Below, in pieces: positions 16,804-23,405 of a stretch of DNA of 24,337 bases. The stretch covers positions 1-24,337 of IMG/VR virus record IMGVR_UViG_3300044580_000186. The stretch is one strand, 5' to 3'. Every line of letters begins with the position of its first letter. Within the stretch, counting starts at the first letter, position 1. The notes beneath the pieces were generated by a model. It made no database searches, was not told the DNA's origin, and saw nothing but the letters and a program-made list of their open reading frames with translations. The translations under genes and the position numbers were made by a program. The stretch is from a virus (lineage: Duplodnaviria; Caudoviricetes).

Positions 16804-17319
16804 ATGCTGAAACGAGTAGTTCTAGGGTTTACACTGGTGATCTTCTCTGGTTGTGCATCGACTGCTGATGAAGCGTTGATGAACATGAGAAGACAAGCTC
16901 TTGAAAATTCGGATCTGTATCGAGCTGCTGCCAAAGCCTACGCAGATTCGGCCGATCAGATAGCGTCTCAGAAGCATCAGTTTCAAGAGATGATTCTTGC
17001 AGAGAGAGACAAGGCTTGGAGGGAAGCAAATACCGTGAATGGAGTAATCCAGGTCTCTCCTGAAGAACTTGCTGATATGTTGAAACGAAGGGATGAAGCG
17101 TACAAGAAACTTGCTGAATCTAGAGCAGTATGGTCTCGAGTTTCGAATGATTATCGTAAGATGGTAGATGATAAGTACGCATTTGACCAGATGGTTTACA
17201 GTCAAGAGGTCGATGCTCAGAAGGCTAAAGAATCGTTGAAGGGAGCGCTGAATTCGGCGCTTCATTTCATGCTGGGTGTAGGAGCTACGGCGGCTCCGCT
17301 GATTCCTCTTGCATTCTAA
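16804..17319 (+). CDS. Coiled-coil lipoprotein with hydrophobic C-terminus (spanin-like candidate)
   Basis: MLKR + hydrophobic core + FSG-C lipobox; helical body; C-terminal SALHFMLGVGATAAPLIPLAF; RBS AGGAGG. Confidence 0.7.
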   Translation: MLKRVVLGFTLVIFSGCASTADEALMNMRRQALENSDLYRAAAKAYADSADQIASQKHQFQEMILAERDKAWREANTVNGVIQVSPEELADMLKRRDEAYKKLAESRAVWSRVSNDYRKMVDDKYAFDQMVYSQEVDAQKAKESLKGALNSALHFMLGVGATAAPLIPLAF

Positions 17320-17338
17320 CTAACACAGGAGATCAATC

Positions 17339-17656
17339 ATGGCAGATCCGAAAGATCTATACGATTTAGGTCCTGCAGCTAACCCTATTGATGCTTCCGA
17401 TTTCGAAGCTAAGAGAAAAGCGTGGTATGCTGATCGAGATCGAATGATCTCAGAAGTTCTTCCGGAAGTGACTCGGGCAATCACTGAGCTTGAGAGTACC
17501 GCCGAGTTGGTGAACAATATTGTTTCTCTTGGCCAGCAGCTTCTTCCTCTCCTCATTCAGTATACTCAGAAGGCTGCTGTCCAACCGGTTGAGAAGACTA
17601 CTCTGGAGAAACTCCAGAGTCTTCAGAAGTTTCTCCAGAGTTGTCAGAACTGTTAG
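17339..17656 (+). CDS. Hypothetical helical protein
   Basis: RBS AGGAG; precedes a terminator. Confidence 0.75.
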   Translation: MADPKDLYDLGPAANPIDASDFEAKRKAWYADRDRMISEVLPEVTRAITELESTAELVNNIVSLGQQLLPLLIQYTQKAAVQPVEKTTLEKLQSLQKFLQSCQNC

Positions 17657-17685
17657 TTTCTGAAGTTTTACTCTCCTCTCCGCGC

Positions 17686-17723
17686 CACAGGCAGAAATTG
17701 TGGATATTTCTGCCTGTGTTTTT
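17686..17723 (+). terminator. Intrinsic terminator
   Basis: 13-bp stem CACAGGCAGAAAT/ATTTCTGCCTGTG followed by T5. Confidence 0.85.
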
Positions 17724-17725
17724 AT

Positions 17726-17741
17726 GAGTTGATATAATGTA
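17726..17741 (+). promoter_or_regulatory. Recurring promoter-like motif (GAGTTGATATAATGTA)
   Basis: Directly after the terminator and before RBS AAGGAG. Confidence 0.7.
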
Positions 17742-17765
17742 GATAGTCTTGGAAGGAGTATCATT

Positions 17766-18170
17766 GTGCTTACTCTACTGTTTGTGTCTTCGATTCAGTT
17801 CTTGCAACGAGTTGAAACTGTGAAGATGGAAGTTACTGCTTACTGTACTTGTAAAAAGTGTTGTGGTAGGTACGCGCGAGGAATCACAGCATCAGGAAAG
17901 AAAGCCCAAGGAAAGATGATTGCTGCTCCCAAGAAGTATTCATTTGGGACTCAGATGTATGTTGAGGGATATGGATGGGCACAAGTTCAAGATCGAGGAG
18001 GAGCTATCAGAGAGGCAGGAGCGATGCTACCAAAGGGGTTGAAGGTTGGGACTACCAAGATTCCTCAGAGAATCCTGAAGTATGATAAGATAGATCTTCT
18101 CATGCCGTCTCATGGAGAAGCATTGAAATGGGGAAAACAGATAAAGAACGTTGTAGTTGTTCGACAGTGA
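17766..18170 (+). CDS. 3D-domain (MltA-like) putative peptidoglycan lytic protein
   Basis: VTAYCxCxxCCG, GITASG, IAA…FGT, QDRGGAI and IDL motifs; hydrophobic N-terminus. Confidence 0.88.
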   Translation: MLTLLFVSSIQFLQRVETVKMEVTAYCTCKKCCGRYARGITASGKKAQGKMIAAPKKYSFGTQMYVEGYGWAQVQDRGGAIREAGAMLPKGLKVGTTKIPQRILKYDKIDLLMPSHGEALKWGKQIKNVVVVRQ

Positions 18171-18185
18171 TTGTATAATGTGTTG

Positions 18186-18304
18186 AGGCTTGTGGTGAGC
18201 TCGGAACCGCTAGGAAGGAGAGAACGTCTCTCCTTCCTTGCTTTTTGGTTCTGCTGTGTGTGCTAGATACATCGATACTCACAAGCAGTCCAGTCTGGTT
18301 TTTT
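18186..18304 (+). ncRNA. Candidate structured small RNA 1
   Basis: TATAAT at 18174-79; nested helices 18188-94/18280-86, 18202-08/18247-53 and 18212-23/18227-38; T6 at 18299-304. The inner hairpin plus T5 could instead be a simple terminator. Confidence 0.4.
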
Positions 18305-18341
18305 GAATTGCTTGGTTCTTGGTCGTGTATGTATAATAGGT

Positions 18342-18519
18342 ATGTCGGTACTTGTAGGCAGTCTAGCAGAGGAGGATTTGCCTATGGTCTAAGTATCGTT
18401 CAGGTCTCCAAGAGTGACATCGAGAGCAAGGCTCAAGATCAAGGAATAGCTAGAGAGGTTTGGTTGGGAGAGTCTTGCTGTCAGAAAATCGCTAGAGTAA
18501 AATCTAGCGATTTTCTTTT
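18342..18519 (+). ncRNA. Candidate structured small RNA 2
   Basis: TTGCTT-18bp-TATAAT promoter (18308-18337), several G-U-containing helices, and a terminal 14-bp terminator hairpin. Confidence 0.5.
18483..18519 (+). terminator. Intrinsic terminator
   Basis: Stem AGAAAATCGCTAGA/TCTAGCGATTTTCT with T-rich 3' end. Confidence 0.8.
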
Positions 18520-18676
18520 GTGAAATGTGTTTGAACATCCTCAGGATGTAGAATACTCACAGGAGATAGCGATGCTAGAGAGCTATCAACTTATGATTTC
18601 AGATCTTCTTGTTCTTTGGAGAGTCTTTCCCCTGAAGAGATTCTAAGGCTCGACAAGATCTGAAGAAGAGAGTGTT

Positions 18677-18883
18677 TTGATGGAATCGACACTACTAACT
18701 AGAAATGTTTCAAAGAATCATTTCGTGATGAAGTGGACTTGTTGCGGACATCTTTGGGAATTGATCATTACTCGACAGTTTCCTGAAAGGAAGCATTTCA
18801 AACCAGAGTGTCCTAACTGCAAGGAAAGAGGGTTGTCACTAGTAGAGTGTTTGGGAGAAGTCGGTCAACCGACTCTATTTTAA
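18677..18883 (+). CDS. Zinc-ribbon protein
   Basis: TCCGHLW…CPNC; start probably ATG 18680. Confidence 0.7.
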   Translation: MMESTLLTRNVSKNHFVMKWTCCGHLWELIITRQFPERKHFKPECPNCKERGLSLVECLGEVGQPTLF

Positions 18884-18957
18884 TTCTGAGGACAAGACTT
18901 GATAGTCCTTACAAGGTTCTGGGATACTGAGAAGAGTAGTTGGGTTGCGGTTAATCC

Positions 18958-19167
18958 ATGAAGTGGATCTCTTTCCTTTCGATGATTCTTGATATGGTTG
19001 GCCTCTACCTCAGAGAGAAGGCTGATCAAGCAGAGTTGAGGAGAAGTCTTCACGATCGAGTTGAAAAAGCATTTCAGAGCTTTTCGGACGCAGTTGCGAA
19101 AGGCGATGAAGATAGAGTAGCGAGAGAACTTTCGGATCTAATTCATTCGGAGAAGAAGAATGATTGA
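18958..19167 (+). CDS. Small protein with hydrophobic N-terminus and helical tail (i-spanin-like candidate)
   Basis: MKWISFLSMILDMVGLYL followed by a charged helix. Confidence 0.6.
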   Translation: MKWISFLSMILDMVGLYLREKADQAELRRSLHDRVEKAFQSFSDAVAKGDEDRVARELSDLIHSEKKND

Positions 19168-19480
19168 CAAAAAAGTTGATAGAGCAGTGGATGAGATTCT
19201 GAACGAGCAAGGAGAAGGATGGGATAATAACGATGCAGATGTGGTGAGTGTTGATGCATATACTGTTATGGAGATACGGGGTGAACTGTTAGAAATTCGA
19301 CTCATGAGGATGTCTAACGGAAAGTATCGGATTTCTGCCGCTGGTCCATATCCAAATAATAGTGTTTCTGGATTCAGTATTTCGCTTGATGATCTTCTTG
19401 AAGGTGCAGCAACACTCAAAGAGTGGTATGATGAAGCAATGAAGATCATTCAGATAAGTAAGGAACATGGGATTGTGTAG
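19160..19480 (+). CDS. Hypothetical protein with N-terminal DEILNEQ leader
   Basis: RBS GGAG, overlaps the previous gene; paralog remnant at 19785. Confidence 0.75.
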   Translation: MIDKKVDRAVDEILNEQGEGWDNNDADVVSVDAYTVMEIRGELLEIRLMRMSNGKYRISAAGPYPNNSVSGFSISLDDLLEGAATLKEWYDEAMKIIQISKEHGIV

Positions 19481-19549
19481 AGGGGTTTTATGGTGGAGTT
19501 GATGGAGTGCTTCGGAGCTTTTCGGACGCAGTTTTTGCTAAGGACTCAA

Positions 19550-19792
19550 GTGAGACTTGTTAGTGTGGTTGTTGCTAGTTTTCTCCTACTCACCTGCTCT
19601 TGCACTCCTCAGGTCGTTTACCTCTCTTCGAGTGAGAAAGTCTATCGAGTTCCTTCTGGGTCGATTGTAACAAAGCCTGATGGATCTTCATTTAAGATAG
19701 AGTTCAATGGATACGTCATCAGTGATGGAACTTTGATAGAACTGTATCGGTTAGCGAAGCAGAACATTGAGGAGAATAAGATCGATGAGTGA
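19550..19792 (+). CDS. Small lipoprotein (o-spanin-like candidate)
   Basis: GTG 19550 after TAAGGA gives MRLVSVVVASFLLLTCSC, a signal peptide with an imperfect lipobox. Confidence 0.6.
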   Translation: MRLVSVVVASFLLLTCSCTPQVVYLSSSEKVYRVPSGSIVTKPDGSSFKIEFNGYVISDGTLIELYRLAKQNIEENKIDE

Positions 19793-19974
19793 TAACATTG
19801 GCAAAGCAGCGGACAAGATTTTGAACGAGCAAGATCGAAGAGGTATATATTGTCCATATAGAGGGAAAATCATACGAGATTGGTAGCAAAGAGTTCAGAG
19901 CTGTTCTTGAGTATTCTGTTCAGACAGTGCAAGAGATTTTAACAACAGGCCGAGAAGTACTTTTCTATCTGTGA
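19785..19974 (+). pseudogene. Frameshifted paralog of 19160..19480
   Basis: MSDNIGKAADKILNEQ, then a shift near 19833 into EEVYIVHIEGKSYEIG…LFYL*. Confidence 0.65.
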
Positions 19975-20003
19975 TTTTTCTTCACACTCATGTATAACAA
20001 TGT

Positions 20004-20777
20004 ATGAGTTACATCCTCAAATCGAGAGGTCCTGTTCATCTTCTTCGCTGTGGATTTGATTGTGATATTTATGCTATAAAGTCTGATCGTCTTCTTGTCT
20101 ACAAGCACTATGCCAAGTACAAGCTCGGAAGTGTTTTGTTTGGAAGATCTTCTCCAGCTACATTCATTCAATCTCTTTCTGCCAAGCATCCGTCTTGTCT
20201 CGAACACATAATTGATATAGATGACGAAGGGTACTTGACTTTTTCATATCCTCCGGCAGGTGATTTTCTTTTCTATCGAGCAGGAAACTCTCTTGATAAG
20301 AGGCTTGGAAATACAACAATCAAAGCAATTTCAAATCTACTAAGAGAAGTGCATCATAACGATTTGACTCCTGACAATATTCTCGTCGGTCCTTCTGGAT
20401 TGATTGTTACAGATTGGTCCTGTAGAAATGAACAACCGTACTATAGTTTTCTTTCTGATTCTGACTCAATGAACAATCTGGTCGATTGCGTTCGAGGAAG
20501 GAAGATCTGGTTTCCAATTGTTAATTACAAGATGCTTCAGATTTATGCGTTGAAGATGGGATTGAGTTATATGTACTCTCAAGAAGAATTCGATCCAGTG
20601 GTTGTAGCTAGGTGTGTTTTTGCTAGGTTTTCGAGTAGTAAGATTTTAGAGGAGTGTGGATTTAGAGGAGAGATTCCTTTTGACTCATTTGTTTCTCTGT
20701 TTGAATTTTTTACTCGGAATCACAAAGAGTTGATGAAAGAAAATATTCTGAGGATTAAGCAATGGGTCAAACGATAA
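20004..20777 (+). CDS. Protein-kinase-like/aminoglycoside-choline phosphotransferase-fold protein
   Basis: Catalytic loop HNDLTPDNIL, metal-binding TDW, and a VYK lysine near the N-terminus. Confidence 0.7.
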   Translation: MSYILKSRGPVHLLRCGFDCDIYAIKSDRLLVYKHYAKYKLGSVLFGRSSPATFIQSLSAKHPSCLEHIIDIDDEGYLTFSYPPAGDFLFYRAGNSLDKRLGNTTIKAISNLLREVHHNDLTPDNILVGPSGLIVTDWSCRNEQPYYSFLSDSDSMNNLVDCVRGRKIWFPIVNYKMLQIYALKMGLSYMYSQEEFDPVVVARCVFARFSSSKILEECGFRGEIPFDSFVSLFEFFTRNHKELMKENILRIKQWVKR

Positions 20778-21148
20778 GAGTGCTTGCTGAGAAGAAACTT
20801 CCTCTTGAACGATGGTCGGCAATGATGCGCTTCGTTTCTGCTGAGACAATCCATGTTTATTGGAGAAATGTGAGAGTTGTTTTTGATCTCAGTCAGTTTA
20901 GAATTGCGCTCAAGAATTTTTCTACTGCTGTTGCAAAGTGGATAGGGATTGGATCTCCTTATGGAAAAGGAGATATTCTACTGATGAATGAGTTGATAAG
21001 AGATACTCCAGAAGAGATTTGTGTTGTTGTTGAGGAAGTTCAGGGGAATGTTGTTCACATTCACTATGGTGATGTTCGATTTGAAATGTGTAAGGAGAAC
21101 TTCGTGAGGTTTGCTCAATGTCTATGTGAAGCTAAAGAAAACATCTGA
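20762..21148 (+). CDS. Hypothetical protein with internal duplication
   Basis: TIHVYWRNVRVVFDLSQF resembles VVHIHYGDVRFEMCKENF. Confidence 0.75.
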   Translation: MGQTIRVLAEKKLPLERWSAMMRFVSAETIHVYWRNVRVVFDLSQFRIALKNFSTAVAKWIGIGSPYGKGDILLMNELIRDTPEEICVVVEEVQGNVVHIHYGDVRFEMCKENFVRFAQCLCEAKENI

Positions 21149-21426
21149 TGTATTCAAAGAAGTGCTCTCTGTGTAAGGTTGTGCAGACTCTTTCTAGTCG
21201 ACGTTTGTTTGCTGAAGAGGATGAGTTCTGCATCGTAGAGAACTATAAAACTCTTACTCCTATTGCAATCATCTTCGAACATAAAGCAGATATTGATAAT
21301 CTCGATCTGTTCTGCAAGATGTTTGAAGGAATCAACCCTGTTTGCAGCAAGCTGTTTGGTGAGAGATACTTCTTGAGAATTGATCAATCTCGAGGGCACT
21401 TTTGCATTCTTTCTCTTCTTTTGTAG
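21148..21426 (+). CDS. Degenerate HIT-fold-like protein
   Basis: CSLC…LFAEEDEFCIV…EH…GHFCI follows the HIT layout but lacks the full HxHxH triad; TGATG coupling. Confidence 0.5.
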   Translation: MYSKKCSLCKVVQTLSSRRLFAEEDEFCIVENYKTLTPIAIIFEHKADIDNLDLFCKMFEGINPVCSKLFGERYFLRIDQSRGHFCILSLLL

Positions 21427-21571
21427 TTAGTACCTCTTCTAGAGTGATTCACAATAATAGTGTTGAGGAAAGGAGGTCACTATGTGATACTTAGAGATGT
21501 CCCATTCCTGTTGTAGGGGTGGTAATGTTTGTTTGTGAGAAGAGTAGACTTTCAAGAAAGGAGAAAATACA

Positions 21572-22063
21572 ATGGGAATTGGATATTCACGCCAGAAGCG
21601 TTGTGTCGGGCTTGTTCCTTATCACTTCGTTGTAGCTTTTCAGAGGGAAGATTACGTCGGAGATCCTGCTTATCAGTATCACGAGATCTCATTTGTTGCT
21701 GAAGCTGACCCTGGCATTCATCCAGCAACAAATCCTCTCGATGCAGGATGTACTCACAACGTTTTCATCCATGTTCAAACGTCGAACGACGGAGAAGATT
21801 GGACGACAGTTTACAATTGTAATTCGAATCCTCTTGTTCCTGGAGGGCAGAAACACATCACTGTCTCTCTCTCTGGCAGGTATATGAGAGTTCTAGTTTA
21901 CAGTCTTGGAACAGGTCGAGTCGATTTTACAATCGAAGATCCTGAAGATCAAGTTCTTCCGAACTTTATCGAACCGACAGGTCCTGGGTGTTCAACCTGG
22001 TGTGAAGTTGATTGTGAGACAGGATCAGAGACTACTGGTGAGGAGTTGTTCGGAGAAAGGTGA
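21572..22063 (+). CDS. Beta-sandwich (discoidin/galactose-binding-like) protein with Cys-rich tail, possibly virion-associated
   Basis: VQTSNDGEDWTTV…GRYMRV motif; C-terminal CSTWCEVDCETGSET; RBS AAGGAG. Confidence 0.65.
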   Translation: MGIGYSRQKRCVGLVPYHFVVAFQREDYVGDPAYQYHEISFVAEADPGIHPATNPLDAGCTHNVFIHVQTSNDGEDWTTVYNCNSNPLVPGGQKHITVSLSGRYMRVLVYSLGTGRVDFTIEDPEDQVLPNFIEPTGPGCSTWCEVDCETGSETTGEELFGER

Positions 22064-22078
22064 GTATCTGAGAGGAGA

Positions 22079-22120
22079 TACACACTAGGGGATACTTTCC
22101 CCTAGTGTGTACTCTGTTTT
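22079..22120 (+). terminator. Strong hairpin, probable terminator or processing site
   Basis: 14-bp stem TACACACTAGGGGA/TCCCCTAGTGTGTA followed by CTCTGTTTT. Confidence 0.65.
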
Positions 22121-22132
22121 GAGAGGTTTGAG

Positions 22133-22606
22133 ATGTCAACAGCATTCCCGTCTGCAGTTGATTCATTTGGTAAATCAGCTTCTAGTCACTCAGCAGCTTT
22201 CATTTCTCAGGCTGATTGGGAGAAAGTCAAATCAGCAATTCGAGCGATTGAGTTGAAGATTCTTGATATTGATGATCCTCTCAATCCATATCTCGGAGCT
22301 TTTGAGATTGCAACTAAGATTTCAGGAAGCATTGATGATGAAGACGGTGTTCTAGTTGAATTCTCTGAGCCGATGAGACATGTTATCATATCAGTATCTC
22401 AAGAAGCAGGGATGAGTGTGTTCTTTGCTCTTAATTCGGATGTGTGTAACGATTCGAGTGATGAGTGGGATGGAGAAATTGCTGCCGGAAGTTCGTTTGA
22501 GTATATTGATAATCGTCATCTGATAACGAGAGTTGCTCTCTATTCTCCTGATGGTGATGCAGGGCTTGGAACTAATGTGGTGGTGAAAGGATCTCCTCGA
22601 CAGTGA
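22133..22606 (+). CDS. Putative virion protein; C-terminal domain paralogous to the next gene
   Basis: MSTAFPSAVDSF-type N-terminus; shares LNSDVCN..W motif with 22615..22920. Confidence 0.7.
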   Translation: MSTAFPSAVDSFGKSASSHSAAFISQADWEKVKSAIRAIELKILDIDDPLNPYLGAFEIATKISGSIDDEDGVLVEFSEPMRHVIISVSQEAGMSVFFALNSDVCNDSSDEWDGEIAAGSSFEYIDNRHLITRVALYSPDGDAGLGTNVVVKGSPRQ

Positions 22607-22614
22607 GGTGAGAC

Positions 22615-22920
22615 ATGGCTGCTCTGGAATCGGCTGTTGCCGGAAGCGGAACAATAGATGCGGAGAATGGGAAAACTTTTTCTTTCTCAACACCAGTGAG
22701 AAAACTGCTAGTGGCTGTTAAATCGACTGCTTCTGATCCTCTGAAGATTAGGTTGAATTCTGATGTGTGTAATCCGTCAAACTCTCAATGGGATTACGAG
22801 ATTGTTCCAGGAGGAATTCTTGCATATAACGATAGGAGGCATCGAGTTCTGACGGTTCAGGCGTATTCAGAGGCTGCTCTTGTTAAAGGTGATGATTTTT
22901 CGATAAAGGGAATCGCATGA
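22615..22920 (+). CDS. Small beta-rich protein, paralog of the 22133 C-terminal domain
   Basis: SGTIDAENG…LNSDVCNPSNSQWDYEI…RH…AYS; RBS GAGGTG. Confidence 0.75.
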   Translation: MAALESAVAGSGTIDAENGKTFSFSTPVRKLLVAVKSTASDPLKIRLNSDVCNPSNSQWDYEIVPGGILAYNDRRHRVLTVQAYSEAALVKGDDFSIKGIA

Positions 22921-23390
22921 TTGGCTGCTTGCTGATCTTCGGATTTTGTACCTACGGGATAGGTTTGGTGGTGAGGGCACGATGCACTAACATGCAACGA
23001 CTCATTGCGGGATTGGTGGCTTTAGGGCTAGTTGCTGAGTGTTGGGCTGCCGATACGCAGTTGAGCACACGCATCGATGTGCTTACGGACGGCAGTTTTC
23101 GGGGAGGGAGTAACCGGACGGTTGCTACGCTGGATATTTCACCAACAGGAGCTGTAACTGTCTCATCCGGTGGATTGACACGGCGTACTCGTTCTGTGCT
23201 GTTAGCGGCCACTCCAGAGTACACGCTTCATGGAACAGGAGAAGGGTCTGGCTCATCGTATCTAGTGCCACAGGGAACCGACGAGACGTATGCATATGCC
23301 ATTGATTATCAGGCTACAGGGAACAACCTGTGGAGGAGAGAGTTGGCGGCAGGCGGGGGTGGCACAGGACGGATTATCTGGGGAGATTGA
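22917..23390 (+). CDS. Secreted/membrane hypothetical protein
   Basis: ATGA overlap; the internal ATG 22992 gives a signal peptide (MQRLIAGLVALGLVAECWA); Gly-rich end. Confidence 0.6.
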   Translation: MIGCLLIFGFCTYGIGLVVRARCTNMQRLIAGLVALGLVAECWAADTQLSTRIDVLTDGSFRGGSNRTVATLDISPTGAVTVSSGGLTRRTRSVLLAATPEYTLHGTGEGSGSSYLVPQGTDETYAYAIDYQATGNNLWRRELAAGGGGTGRIIWGD

Positions 23391-23405
23391 GTTCATTCAA
23401 CTCCA

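Noticed and set aside
18186-18519. Identification as hammerhead ribozyme, SRP RNA or tRNA-like element
   Set aside because: No CUGAUGA/GAAA core, no SRP GGAA-loop/AGCAG motif, and no T-arm next to an acceptor stem.
18245-18523. 92-aa + strand ORF
   Set aside because: TTG start without RBS; it crosses a promoter and ends just past a terminator hairpin. The region is better explained as structured RNA.
19040-19540. Diversity-generating retroelement TR/VR pair
   Set aside because: Mismatches are not confined to adenines and no reverse transcriptase is present.
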